The notes: generated by a model not told the origin, from the sequence alone. 64,000 nucleotides of DNA from a candidate division WS6 bacterium GW2011_GWF2_39_15 (GCA_000993565.1 LBWK01000001.1:492208-556207); one strand, 5' to 3'; shown: positions 1-10,315, counted from the first letter of the stretch. Numbers and translations are program-made.

Positions 1-241
1 TACTTAAAATCAATGAAATATTCTTTAATCTGAGGTTATCAACCTCTTCCTGTGCCTGATGCAGGATCTCTATCTTCTTTATTGTTAGGGAAATAGACTT
101 CCATACATTGTAGATCAAAAAGGCAGATACAATGACAAGAAGGAGGTTAGTAAAAATAGAAAGTACTTTCTTCCTTCCCCCATCGTTATTTTCCAGGTTT
201 CCATGTGTCTTAAATTGTATTTTGGGGTGTTCATTATTCAT
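1..241 (-). CDS. Septum-formation initiator (FtsB/DivIC-like) membrane protein, 3'-truncated by the window edge
   Basis: Manual translation from ATG at 241: MNNEHPKIQFKTHGNLENNDGGRKKVLSIFTNLLLVIVSAFLIYNVWKSISLTIKKIEILHQAQEEVDNLRLKNISLILS. One TM helix is followed by a coiled coil. Not in the ORF track. Confidence 0.55.
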   Translation of the reverse strand, partial: MNNEHPKIQFKTHGNLENNDGGRKKVLSIFTNLLLVIVSAFLIYNVWKSISLTIKKIEILHQAQEEVDNLRLKNISLILS

Positions 242-292
242 ACACTATCAGCTTATCAGACTAAATATATTTATCAATACTATTTTTAATCA

Positions 293-321
293 TTGACCCC
301 CCTATATCACAATGCTATAAT
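293..321 (+). promoter_or_regulatory. Sigma70-type promoter of the recombinase gene
   Basis: TTGACC (293-298), 17 nt spacer, TATAAT (316-321), with extended -10 TG. Confidence 0.75.
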
Positions 322-367
322 CCCTATAGTAAGCCCCAACAGGATATGTAATTTAAGTAAACCTTGA

Positions 368-1258
368 ATGAACGCAGTCAAAAACAGCGAGTTTGCACAG
401 CTTCACAGAACATTTACAGATGAGCTTAAGCAAAAGAGCAGGTCTGAATCTACCGTTATAGCGTATGCTAAAGACATCGAGCAGCTTCTCAATTTTTTCA
501 CAACTCGAGCAATAGAGACAATCAAAAAGACCGGTATTGAGGACTTAGAGGCATATAAGACATACTTGCAGGATAACAACTACACTCCCAAGAGTATTTC
601 GAGAAAAATCAACAGTACAAGAACATTCTATAGATTCCTTCTTGAAGCCAATATTATCCAGGAGAACCCTTCAGACAAACTTTCACATCCTAAATTCGAA
701 GTTAAGCCTCCAAGAGTCCTAACCGAAATGGAGTATAGAGCATTAAGAGATGTAAGCCGTGTTGATACAAGATTATATTCAATCATTGAGCTTCTTTTGC
801 AAACCGGAATTAGAATCGGAGAGCTTGCTGCATTAACTCTTGACGATGTGAGAACATCAACCGAAAGTAAGATACCATACCTTTATATCAAGCCGGCAGG
901 CAGCCACCCAGCAAGAAAGGTTCCTCTGAATAAGTCCGCATCAGCCGCAATTGAAGAGTATAAGAAGATAAGACCTGAGAGCGAAGACGAAACCTTATTT
1001 ATAACAAAGAACGGACGTCCCCTACTCGTCAGAAATATAAGAACAACAATAGATAAAGCCTTTGAAAAGGCCGGTATTAAAAATGCCAAAGTTAATGATC
1101 TCAGAAATACTTTCATAGCACATCATCTTTCAAACGGTGTATCATTGGTAACCGTATCAAAACTGGTAGGACACAAGAGATTATCAACTACAGAGAAGTA
1201 TCTGAATCTTCTAAATAACAAGCAGGAGGATCAGGAAAAAGATTTGAAAGAGCTATAA
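368..1258 (+). CDS. XerC/XerD-family tyrosine recombinase
   Basis: N-terminal SAM-like domain (STVIAYAKDI...SISRKINSTRTFYRFL); TGIRIGE; NDLRNTF; LVGH...TTEKY. Confidence 0.9.
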   Translation: MNAVKNSEFAQLHRTFTDELKQKSRSESTVIAYAKDIEQLLNFFTTRAIETIKKTGIEDLEAYKTYLQDNNYTPKSISRKINSTRTFYRFLLEANIIQENPSDKLSHPKFEVKPPRVLTEMEYRALRDVSRVDTRLYSIIELLLQTGIRIGELAALTLDDVRTSTESKIPYLYIKPAGSHPARKVPLNKSASAAIEEYKKIRPESEDETLFITKNGRPLLVRNIRTTIDKAFEKAGIKNAKVNDLRNTFIAHHLSNGVSLVTVSKLVGHKRLSTTEKYLNLLNNKQEDQEKDLKEL

Positions 1259-1272
1259 TTATATCCTTCTCG

Positions 1273-2505
1273 TTATTTTTTCTTGTACTCACCGAAAAAT
1301 CCTTCATTCAACCATCTTGCAACAGTTCCCCCGATACCATTTCCCTTGCCTCTCGCGTGCTCCGATTTAATAAAGGGCCAAGGATCTGAACCATTAGGAG
1401 GCTTTAAACTACCTTTGCTTTTTGGAGGAGTAATTGCTTTCAACCATGCATCTGATGGATCATTTGGATCAGATTCTCGCACGCTTATTGTTGTTCTCGG
1501 TTGAGATTTAGGAGCTATTCCAGCTTCAATAACAGCTCGTTTAACAACCTCTCCTACAGGTGCCTGAGGCTGCTCTCTCAAATGATCTTTAACCTTTTTA
1601 TTCCCTCCCTCTCCGCTCCCCCCAGAAGTAGTTACACTTCTACCGTCAGGTGTCGGTTCCTCCTTGGAAGATGACCGGGCACTTGATAATGCTGCAGCTC
1701 CCCCCATCAGAGCAAGAGCTCCAACACCAATTGCTAAGGGTACTACACATACAACAACTGGTATAGATGTCCCATTTGTTTCCGGGACACCATTCGATCC
1801 AGAAGTCGCGACTGGGACGGGAGGATTAGAGTTGGGAGAGTCACCCTGAAATGGAACATCTGAGGGCAGAGTAGTATCTGCAGGTATTGTTGGTTGAACA
1901 GGAATAGGTTCCTGAGATGGCACAGCCGTATTAGATAGAGGTGCTTGTGTTTCTTCCAGCGGTCTGTATGACACGCCAAATATCGAGACCATATCTGCTA
2001 CCGTAACTCGATACCTATAAACAACTATAAATTCCACACCATTTTCGTTTACAACCTCAAATTCAAACGCTCCTCCATTAGGAAAAGATGCTACCCAATG
2101 CCCAGTTGCAGTGTCAAAGTAAGCATCGCCGTACAAAGATCTGCTTTCACTATGATCCATAATAGGATCTTCTCCATTGCCACTCATCCTTCTGACCTCT
2201 CTCATTATCACGTCTAAATCATATGCTCCAGGACAAAGGTTGAACCTTCTCTCATATCCGAAATCGATACTTTCTACACTTTCTACAATATTCCCGCCAC
2301 ATGTCTCAGAAGGATCCTGATATTCAATACCAGATATAAGCCCAGCTTTTCTCGCCTGTTCAAGACCTTTTCTGGTTGCATTGAAATTTGGCCTTCCCAT
2401 TGCAGCAAGATCATCCCTGTCTACATGAAGTATATGCTCATTGGCATTTCTATCCATGGTCATCGGATCATATTGTTGTGCTGTCATTCCTTCGTACATA
2501 TTCAA
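1273..2505 (-). CDS. Hypothetical membrane protein with Pro/Thr-rich linker and one internal TM helix
   Basis: 410-aa ORF; hydrophobic stretch IPVVVCVVPLAIGVGALALMGGAAAL. Confidence 0.7.
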   Translation of the reverse strand: MNMYEGMTAQQYDPMTMDRNANEHILHVDRDDLAAMGRPNFNATRKGLEQARKAGLISGIEYQDPSETCGGNIVESVESIDFGYERRFNLCPGAYDLDVIMREVRRMSGNGEDPIMDHSESRSLYGDAYFDTATGHWVASFPNGGAFEFEVVNENGVEFIVVYRYRVTVADMVSIFGVSYRPLEETQAPLSNTAVPSQEPIPVQPTIPADTTLPSDVPFQGDSPNSNPPVPVATSGSNGVPETNGTSIPVVVCVVPLAIGVGALALMGGAAALSSARSSSKEEPTPDGRSVTTSGGSGEGGNKKVKDHLREQPQAPVGEVVKRAVIEAGIAPKSQPRTTISVRESDPNDPSDAWLKAITPPKSKGSLKPPNGSDPWPFIKSEHARGKGNGIGGTVARWLNEGFFGEYKKK

Positions 2506-2741
2506 ACAGGATTATAATGGACTATAGGATATATTTTATCATTTTAACCGATAAAAGGCCACTGTTTCGCAAGATCAAACGATGCCTAATGTTCTCCAGT
2601 TTAATGATACCAGATAAAAATATCGGAAATCCAATACTCTATGACAAATAATTCACAATTGAAGGCTTTGACGTTTCAACCGTAGCAACAAGAGAAAATA
2701 CAGGCTCTACCATCTCTTGCCTCTATTATCAGTGAGTGGGA

Positions 2742-2818
2742 TGGTGGGGGTGGGCGGAATCGAACCGCCGACATCGGCTTTATAAGAACCGCGCTCTAAC
2801 CGACTGAGCTACACCCCC
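2742..2818 (-). tRNA. tRNA-Ile(UAU)
   Basis: Reverse complement GGGGGTG-TAGCTCAGTCGGTTAGAGC-GCGGTT CT TAT AA AGCCG-ATGTC-GGCGGTTCGATTCCGCC-CACCCCC-A-CCA; full cloverleaf with anticodon TAT. Confidence 0.93.
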
Positions 2819-2875
2819 CGAAATATGCGTAATTCTACCAAAACTTAGGATATTTTTACATACTCCCCCACTCTT

Positions 2876-5419
2876 TTATCGCAGAGTCAAAGGAGGTGCC
2901 CCGTCTCCACCTGCTGAAGCTCCTTCAGGAGTAGCAAGATCTGCTCTCTGATTAATCTCCTGCTCCACAACTTTAACATCTCTACCATATTTAAGCCTCG
3001 ATAAATCCTTTATCTTCTTTGAAATCTCTTTATTCACAGGCAGTTCAAATCCTGACTGAGGATAGTTAGGCCCGTAAGAAGAATCAAGGGAGAATGGAGA
3101 TGGATACTTACCATCACAGATAAGTTTTACATACCAGTGAAGGTTAGCCTGGTTCATAAGGTCATTAGCCGTAAATATCGGCTCGTATTGAGACTCCAAG
3201 AACTTAGCATCTTCCGGACCTGTTCTTGCAATCATCAAGGTTCCTACGTTACCGAAAATAGCTGCTTTAACATGCTCTTCCATCTGAGCAATGTACTGGT
3301 TGGCAACCGTAAGGTTGAGGCGATACTTTCTAGCTTCAGATAGAATGGAAGCAAACTCTTCCGTAGCAAAGTTCTGAAACTCATCAACATAGAAGAAGAA
3401 ATCCCTTCTCTCCTCTTCCGGAATATCTTCACGGGAAAGGGCTGCTGCTATCATTTTAGGAATAAGCAAAGTCCCCAGGAACTGCATATTCTCCTCACCG
3501 ATAAGACCTTTGGAAAGGTTAACAATAAGGATTTTTCCGCTATCCATAACCTCTCTCATATTAAATGAAGATTGTGACTGCCCTATAATATTTCTAACTG
3601 CAAGGTTGGTTACAAAACGGTCAAACTTGGAGGTAATATAACCCAGTGTCTCGGATTTGTGGAAGTCGCTTGTCTTGGCAATCTGGTCCGTCCAGAACCT
3701 CTTGACCATATCATCCTTAATCAAAGGCATCCATTTCTCATCCACCCACTTCTGATCGGTAAGAATACGGAGAACTTCAACAAAGGTAGATCCATGAACC
3801 GACATAGCAGTAAGCATTGCGTTACGAACCGACCTCTCAAGAATAGGTCCTACGATTCCCTGGTTATGAGGGTCAAACAGCTTTTTAAGAAGTCCTATAA
3901 ATCCATTAACGATCCTATGTTTATCCTGCTCATCCGTAAACTCCATGAGATTAAAACCGAACGGCCTCTCAAAGTCAGAAACGTCGAAATAGATAACATC
4001 CTCTGCCCTCTCATGCGGAATACGGTCCAGCACCATCTGTGCGGTCTGTCCGTGCGGATCTATAAAACATACTCCGTCCCCATTATAAATATCCTGCATT
4101 ATCATTCTCACCTGAAGCCATGATTTACCTGAACCTGTCTGTCCAAGAATATATGCATGTCTTCTTCTATCATCTCTCTTAAAACAGATTCTCTTTCTCT
4201 TTCCCCTAAAAATATTGTCGCCTATCCATACCGTATCCTTGGAGTTAACCTCTGAGCTTATCCAGTTGGCAGCAGGAGCTTCTTTGGCCAACAGCCAGTT
4301 TATATTAGGAGTAGTTATATTCTTGTTCGGGAAGTGATACAGCGAAGCCAGCTCTTCAATATTTAGAATAGAGCCACTCTTCAACGGCATTCTTCTGAAT
4401 ATAACATCATTCATAAAATCCCTACCCTTAAGCTTGTTAAGTTTCTCTTTCTTAAACTCATTAATACCAGGGTTAGCAAACTGATCAAACGCCCCCACAA
4501 TATTATTCAAGTGCATATTAGCGATCTCAATATCAGATGCAGCTGTAACTATTCTTATTGCTGTCCTAAAACCAATCTTAGAAGTCTTTTTACTAATTGC
4601 CTGAAGCTGTTCCTGACTTACTCCAATCCTCTTTTTTTCAGGATCAGAGTTGGTTTCCTCAACTCTTTGAACAAACTTTCTGCCATTCTTCTGCCACTTG
4701 CTCCCCGCTGGTGTTATTACAAGCTGAATCATAGCTCCCTCTTTATCCTCCATCTTGCTTAAAGTACTTAATACATTGGCAATTGGGTCACCGGAAAAAT
4801 CTTCTGCAACTTTCATAGGGTAGTACGACTCATCAGTTTGTACCAAACTTGCATATGCAACTTTGGAGTTCTCATCAAAAATATTGTACTCATCAGAAAC
4901 TTCTATCTGAGCTTCCTGATACGACCCAAGGATCTGTTTTTCAACCAGATCGGCAAGCTTCTTCGATGCATGAACGTAAAAACGTATTTCACCAGGAAGC
5001 CCTACTATTTCAAAGCTGATGCTATTACCCACAGTTAAATATTTCTGAATACCTTTCCCTATCCCGCCGATTCCGTAAAGGTTGGCAAACATCTGTTCGG
5101 CAACTCCGACTTCAATCTCATTTCCTCTTGGCGCCCTAATCTCCATCAGTACTCCGCGGGAACTTTTCTCATCACGATCCTTTCTTTTAAGAAAATTGGA
5201 GTAGTAGTAGAGAAGAGCTAATACACTACCTACAACCATGGCAAGCACAAATATCCATGTAAAGACACTCAAAAAGGATACCCCAAAGGTGGAATCGTCG
5301 ATATTTGAATAAGAATCATCAGGATAATTAACACTTTCACCTGGGGTAACTTCACCAGGTTGAATAGGCCCAACAGTTTGCGAGTATATTAGGTTAGTAT
5401 AATCGAGAGCAGTTCGCAT
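2876..5419 (-). CDS. TraG/TraD/VirD4-like type IV secretion coupling-type ATPase
   Basis: N-terminal TM; RRRHAYILGQTGSGKS (Walker A); FIDPHG; YVDEFQNF (Walker B); LSEARKYRLNLTVANQ. Confidence 0.85.
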   Translation of the reverse strand: MRTALDYTNLIYSQTVGPIQPGEVTPGESVNYPDDSYSNIDDSTFGVSFLSVFTWIFVLAMVVGSVLALLYYYSNFLKRKDRDEKSSRGVLMEIRAPRGNEIEVGVAEQMFANLYGIGGIGKGIQKYLTVGNSISFEIVGLPGEIRFYVHASKKLADLVEKQILGSYQEAQIEVSDEYNIFDENSKVAYASLVQTDESYYPMKVAEDFSGDPIANVLSTLSKMEDKEGAMIQLVITPAGSKWQKNGRKFVQRVEETNSDPEKKRIGVSQEQLQAISKKTSKIGFRTAIRIVTAASDIEIANMHLNNIVGAFDQFANPGINEFKKEKLNKLKGRDFMNDVIFRRMPLKSGSILNIEELASLYHFPNKNITTPNINWLLAKEAPAANWISSEVNSKDTVWIGDNIFRGKRKRICFKRDDRRRHAYILGQTGSGKSWLQVRMIMQDIYNGDGVCFIDPHGQTAQMVLDRIPHERAEDVIYFDVSDFERPFGFNLMEFTDEQDKHRIVNGFIGLLKKLFDPHNQGIVGPILERSVRNAMLTAMSVHGSTFVEVLRILTDQKWVDEKWMPLIKDDMVKRFWTDQIAKTSDFHKSETLGYITSKFDRFVTNLAVRNIIGQSQSSFNMREVMDSGKILIVNLSKGLIGEENMQFLGTLLIPKMIAAALSREDIPEEERRDFFFYVDEFQNFATEEFASILSEARKYRLNLTVANQYIAQMEEHVKAAIFGNVGTLMIARTGPEDAKFLESQYEPIFTANDLMNQANLHWYVKLICDGKYPSPFSLDSSYGPNYPQSGFELPVNKEISKKIKDLSRLKYGRDVKVVEQEINQRADLATPEGASAGGDGAPPLTLR

Positions 5420-5473
5420 TTGCTAATCGAGATAGATTATTATAGAAAGAATAGCATAAAAAGCCCTTATTTT

Positions 5474-6046
5474 CTATTCGCTCAGAATAGCAAAAATCTT
5501 TTTAATAAGGGTTGCGGCCCATGTTTTGCCATCTTCTACTTCACCTGTTTCTGAAATTTCTTTTGAGTTTCTTGCCACATTATCATCTACCTGATAGCCG
5601 AAAAGCGTAAATGTCTGAGTATTGGCATGCGAAGCTGTCTCCTCCGCTATTCTTGCCTTCTCCTCTGCAGAGACCTGAGGCTGCTCAGGTTTAACTTCTT
5701 CCAAGCTCTCTTTTTCCTTAACCTCACTAACTGCCTTTGCAAACTCTCTTGATTCATCACTAACTTCGTTTATCTTTTCGACAGTCGGGGCTGATACCTC
5801 TTTAACAGCTTCATCTGCTTCTAACGGAGTTTGGGAGCTTTGAACAATCTGCTCTTGAGGCTTAGGACCTAAATATTTATCTAAGATATTATTCTGTCGA
5901 AGAATATCCTTCTTCTGATCAAGGGTAAGAGTAGTCCAGACACCCTCAGGAAGTATGCCTACAAGCTCTTTAGGAAGAAGGTGAAGCCATTTCCCCTCCT
6001 CTGATCTTTTAACCTCTAAATTGTTTGCTATAGGCGTATCATTCAT
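5474..6046 (-). CDS. Hypothetical acidic protein
   Basis: 190-aa ORF starting 5 nt after smpB, same strand. Confidence 0.7.
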   Translation of the reverse strand: MNDTPIANNLEVKRSEEGKWLHLLPKELVGILPEGVWTTLTLDQKKDILRQNNILDKYLGPKPQEQIVQSSQTPLEADEAVKEVSAPTVEKINEVSDESREFAKAVSEVKEKESLEEVKPEQPQVSAEEKARIAEETASHANTQTFTLFGYQVDDNVARNSKEISETGEVEDGKTWAATLIKKIFAILSE

Positions 6047-6051
6047 ACGGT

Positions 6052-6495
6052 CTATTTTACCATATACTTTAGCTTGTCTCTATGGAGTTCTCTATCCAGG
6101 TCCCTCTCTTTCTGAACGTTCTTTTTTTCATAGGTTTTCTTTCCTCTTCCTACTCCTACAAGTACTTTAGCTCTTCCATGCTTAAAGTACATTTTAAGTG
6201 GAACTAGAGTCCCTCCCCACTGCTTACTCTTACTGGCAAGCTGGATCAGCTCTTTTCTGTGTACAAGCAATTTGCGTGTTTTTTTGGAATCATATTTGGG
6301 GTCATTTGCATATTTAAATCTCGCGATATCTGCATTAATAAGGAAAAGCTCCTCCCCAATTACTTTAACAAAAGAATCTTTAAGATCAACCCTGCCGTCC
6401 CGTATCGACTTAACCTCAGCCCCTGTAAGAATTATACCGGCCTCAACGGTCTCTTTGATGTCGTAATTGAATTTTGCTTTACGGTTTTCTAACAT
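6052..6495 (-). CDS. smpB: SsrA-binding protein SmpB
   Basis: ENRKAKFNY; EAGIILTGAEVKSIR; RKLLVHRKE; GKKTYEK. Confidence 0.97.
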   Translation of the reverse strand: MLENRKAKFNYDIKETVEAGIILTGAEVKSIRDGRVDLKDSFVKVIGEELFLINADIARFKYANDPKYDSKKTRKLLVHRKELIQLASKSKQWGGTLVPLKMYFKHGRAKVLVGVGRGKKTYEKKNVQKERDLDRELHRDKLKYMVK

Positions 6496-6513
6496 GCAGG
6501 AATTATACCACTA

Positions 6514-8841
6514 CTAGTTGATATTCACCTTCCAAACTACTGTGCCATCCAGAATATATGCCTGATTCTCCTGAGAATCTACAACCAGGTCTGCAACATT
6601 TTTAAAAGCCTCCTTCTGATCACCACGGTATTGGTACTCATTTATAAGAACCATTTCGTTAGGATGTCTCAGATCTCCTCCTCCTTCTTTCGGTTTTTCG
6701 AACACCAGCATTCTATTCTTCTCCCCTGACTCAAAGACATAAAGAAGGTTATCAAGCGTAGCCCCCGTATAACCAGCAATCGGACTCTCTACTTCCGGAA
6801 TTGGCCCCGATACCGTCACAGGAGACTTATCAACCTTCCCAGTGCCGTAGTTATATGAGAACCTTTCCAGTCCAGTTGTTAAGACATATATTGCCAAATC
6901 CCCGAAGAAATCCTGGGAACCGACAAAAGTATCGGAAGAGATATACACAAAAGGAAGTGAGTATCCCCCACCTGTGAAAGTAGCTTTGTATATTGCCTTT
7001 TCAGATTGGCTCAAGAGATAGATATTATCATTCTGAGTAAATACAGCAAACTCAGCCACCGTCCCTACACCCAAATCATCAGCCCCCAAACCAGTGAGAG
7101 ATTGGAAGTCTTTGTTATTTCTATTGTTATCAAACTGAGATCTTACTACCCCTGCTACGTCATCATAAACATAGACCCCTTTTGCTCCTATATCAACAAA
7201 TCTCGGTGACTGAAGAACTCCATCCTTATCCGGCAGTTTTGTAACCTTTTTGTCAAAAAGATTTATTTTATACACAGCCTTTAAACCATTATCAACTACG
7301 TAGAGAAACTCGTTTTGGAACTCATCCTTGTCAGTGGTAATATCACTCGGTTTAGATTCTGAACCTAAAGCAATGCGAGTGCTCATAAACGTCTCTATGC
7401 TACCATCTTTTTCACTTACCCAAATCCTTTTGGATACCTTATCATCAATTTCTGATAGCTGAGATTTAATCTCATTCAACTTTTTCCCATCGGTAACAGA
7501 CAACTCCTTCCCAGCCAGTTTCTTAAGTTCCTCATTTGACTGGAAAAGATAATTCTCTGCTGATTCCACATCAGCAGGTAGGCTTGATTCTGCCTGCTTA
7601 ACAAGGCTATCTACCGTACTAAATACTGCATTTGCCGTCTTACTCAATTCCCGAGCTTCTTTCGCTTGGATACTCAACTTCACACCTCCTAACACCACAA
7701 CAACGAGAAGGACAAGAAGAATGATAATCCCAAATCTCTTGCCTCTCACTCCCGATTCCCTGTACCCATCAATCTTCATCCCATACGCTGACTGGCCGCC
7801 AGTAAGTTTCATAGCTGACAATTTGGCTTTAATTCGTTTGTACCAAAGCTTTCTCCCATACTTATCATCAAACAGCCTCCAAAGCACCTGCCCCAACCTA
7901 TCAAACAATCTTTGAACAAACTTTCCAACCGGTGAAACAATTAGAAGAATAGCGTTCCACACCTTCAAAAGGATGTTTCTCACCTTTCCCCAGATATCAA
8001 CGACCTTAACCCTAAAAGCCTCCCATTTTTCTTTGTCAAATTTGGGCATTGAGATTCTTCCGATTCTCAACACAGGCTTCTTTTCAATTGGATCCGAACT
8101 AACGGCTATCTCTGAAGCCACTTCATCTGCTTTAACCTCTTCTACCTCTGCCTCCTGAGGTGTTGAAATTACTTGTTCAACGGGAGCGGCTACTTCTTCA
8201 ACCTCAGGTTCTTCTTCATAAAACTGAGCACGGGAGAGTATTAAAAGTCCTTCACCTGGGCTCAAATGATCTGACAATTTTTCTAACCTTCCCGTCCATT
8301 CTTCACCCGTAATTTTACCCACAAAAGAGCTGAATAGTCCCTGAGAACTTATAATGACCTTATCATTCTGCCCTAATGCAAAACTCCCTGCTACAACCCT
8401 ATTTTTATTTAATATCTCTGATATATTTACAAAGTTCTCCCCTTTGTTCACAAATACTTCCTGCTCTCCAAAAACTCCTAGATACGCAGTAGCGTTCTTC
8501 ACGGCAACAATGCCGAAGCTTAAATCTATACCCTCTTCCTGAACCTTTCTGTCGTTTTTTAAAAGCTCAAGAAGTTTTTTAGAACCGGCCGTTATTGATC
8601 TTTTAACATCTTCAGTAGTTGAAGCCGAATTGGAAGCGGAGTACGTTTCGAGAATCGCCTCCCATACGAATTTTAAGGCAGTAGAAGCATAACCTTCGGG
8701 GGTTTTGGAAACGGTTATAAGAGCATACAACTCTCCTTTTGCCATAGCAGCTTTCCGATCTGTTGGAGCATATTTATACACATTGCTAACGGCCTGAGTA
8801 TCTACATCATCACTGATGTATCTCTTTACATATAAGGGCAT
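6514..8841 (-). CDS. Large bitopic membrane protein: degenerate PP2C-like N-domain, one TM, extracytoplasmic beta-propeller-like region
   Basis: 775 aa; TM FGIIILLVLLVVVVLGGV; blade-like motifs LYVVDNG, VYVYDD, IYLLS, LYVFE, AYILDG. Confidence 0.6.
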   Translation of the reverse strand: MPLYVKRYISDDVDTQAVSNVYKYAPTDRKAAMAKGELYALITVSKTPEGYASTALKFVWEAILETYSASNSASTTEDVKRSITAGSKKLLELLKNDRKVQEEGIDLSFGIVAVKNATAYLGVFGEQEVFVNKGENFVNISEILNKNRVVAGSFALGQNDKVIISSQGLFSSFVGKITGEEWTGRLEKLSDHLSPGEGLLILSRAQFYEEEPEVEEVAAPVEQVISTPQEAEVEEVKADEVASEIAVSSDPIEKKPVLRIGRISMPKFDKEKWEAFRVKVVDIWGKVRNILLKVWNAILLIVSPVGKFVQRLFDRLGQVLWRLFDDKYGRKLWYKRIKAKLSAMKLTGGQSAYGMKIDGYRESGVRGKRFGIIILLVLLVVVVLGGVKLSIQAKEARELSKTANAVFSTVDSLVKQAESSLPADVESAENYLFQSNEELKKLAGKELSVTDGKKLNEIKSQLSEIDDKVSKRIWVSEKDGSIETFMSTRIALGSESKPSDITTDKDEFQNEFLYVVDNGLKAVYKINLFDKKVTKLPDKDGVLQSPRFVDIGAKGVYVYDDVAGVVRSQFDNNRNNKDFQSLTGLGADDLGVGTVAEFAVFTQNDNIYLLSQSEKAIYKATFTGGGYSLPFVYISSDTFVGSQDFFGDLAIYVLTTGLERFSYNYGTGKVDKSPVTVSGPIPEVESPIAGYTGATLDNLLYVFESGEKNRMLVFEKPKEGGGDLRHPNEMVLINEYQYRGDQKEAFKNVADLVVDSQENQAYILDGTVVWKVNIN

Positions 8842-8845
8842 GTTT

Positions 8846-9097
8846 TTAACCTACAAGAATTAATATCACAGAGAAAAGACCCCCAACTACAGCAAGCAAA
8901 AGATGTATATATGAAAGAAGAAGCATCGTTTTATTCGAAGAGGTCTTAACTGTATCATTAAGTATCCTTACTCTTAACGTTAAAAGGAAGGAGTATATGA
9001 CATAACCAAATATAATAACAAGGAAGAGGAGTTTAAAAACTCCCTCAGTTCCTGCAATCGGCCAGTTAATTGTATTTATTCCGTCCAAAAAATCCAT
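8846..9097 (-). CDS. Small two-TM membrane protein
   Basis: 83 aa with two hydrophobic helices; overlaps the upstream gene's stop by 1 nt. Confidence 0.7.
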   Translation of the reverse strand: MDFLDGINTINWPIAGTEGVFKLLFLVIIFGYVIYSFLLTLRVRILNDTVKTSSNKTMLLLSYIHLLLAVVGGLFSVILILVG

Positions 9098-9714
9098 TAT
9101 ATTTGCCCTTTCTGTTTTAATTCAAGCAGATCAAGAAGAGTATCCTGAATATCTCTTGGTCTTGGGACCCCAGTAAACTCAAATTCAGGCTTGGTTCCCG
9201 CAGTCTGAATATACACATCACCATAATCAAAAATACTGCTCAATAACCCGCTTGGAGCATGTGATACATCTTCAATCTTTTCCAACTGTGCTTCCGAAAA
9301 CCTGTGAAAGAGGACATTATTAAAGTCCACATCTATAATTCTCTGGTCAGTAACAATGTTGACTGAGTAGTACCATTTAAGGAAAGTATCTATAGCCGTA
9401 CTAATAGCAAGGAGAAGAAAAAGTGTTCCCACTCCTAAAGCAAATGCAAAATTAAGCCCCTCAATATCTCTGAAAACACTTAGTACAAGCACAGGGGCGA
9501 ACAACAAAACCAGAATCAAAAAATACTGGGGTATAAAAACAGCCGGATGTCTTCTGACTACAAGAACAACACTCTCCCCTTTATCCTGTCCATTAAAAGA
9601 GATATTCGTAGGGAAGACCCCGAAACTCCCTACCCTGTTCGTTCCGGCTTCACTCGAAAGATTTGCTATGAATGATTTTTTCCCTTTTAAGAATTTCTTT
9701 GGTATGTGTCCCAT
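9097..9714 (-). CDS. Bacterial PH-domain (bPH_2-like) membrane protein
   Basis: Two TMs followed by IVTDQRIID...IEDVS...IFDYGDVYIQTAG. Confidence 0.8.
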   Translation of the reverse strand: MGHIPKKFLKGKKSFIANLSSEAGTNRVGSFGVFPTNISFNGQDKGESVVLVVRRHPAVFIPQYFLILVLLFAPVLVLSVFRDIEGLNFAFALGVGTLFLLLAISTAIDTFLKWYYSVNIVTDQRIIDVDFNNVLFHRFSEAQLEKIEDVSHAPSGLLSSIFDYGDVYIQTAGTKPEFEFTGVPRPRDIQDTLLDLLELKQKGQI

Positions 9715-9823
9715 GCTAGTTCAAGATAGCATAAATACATTAGAAGGACAAGATTAAAGCGATGACATAGATAGACTTTTTTGATATATTACTGATAACA
9801 CAATAAGTTTATCTATAAGACCG

Positions 9824-10315
9824 ATGGCAAAACATAAGGTAGAAACTCTAGGCGAAGACCTCACACTATATTTAGCTGGATTTGACTCGGATAGTAATGA
9901 AAGACCTTTTAAACCGACTCCCGACTCTGCCGTTGATACATCATCTGTGTCACACATTGTTAGAAGCCAGGTTGAACAATATCAGGATGGATTTTACATA
10001 TTCTATCGTGCATCTCAATCTGGAACCGCATTAGATAAAACTCAAAGAATACTTGAGGCCGCTTTAAGGGAAGATTCTTTTGACTTCGTCCTCGGTGGTC
10101 TATATGCTCTAAGACTTCTAGAAGATGATAGCGGAATAGAAGCAATAATGGAAAAGATTTTAGAGCATGTAGACTCAATGAATAGAGGCTCTGGACGTAC
10201 TACACTCTTACAAGCAATTGCCTTGGAACAAGACTTAATCAGGCAGGGAATCATAGAAGCGGATTCATCGACTGCATCTGGTAACTGCAAAATACTAGAT
10301 CTCCTTACAGCCTAA
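9824..10315 (+). CDS. Hypothetical protein, probable paralog of the next gene
   Basis: 163-aa ORF; shares motifs with 10392..10871. Confidence 0.65.
   Translation: MAKHKVETLGEDLTLYLAGFDSDSNERPFKPTPDSAVDTSSVSHIVRSQVEQYQDGFYIFYRASQSGTALDKTQRILEAALREDSFDFVLGGLYALRLLEDDSGIEAIMEKILEHVDSMNRGSGRTTLLQAIALEQDLIRQGIIEADSSTASGNCKILDLLTA

Noticed and set aside
368-2818. Integrative element formed by the recombinase and tRNA-Ile
   Set aside because: No att duplication or phage/plasmid genes are present; the protein looks like a housekeeping Xer-type enzyme.
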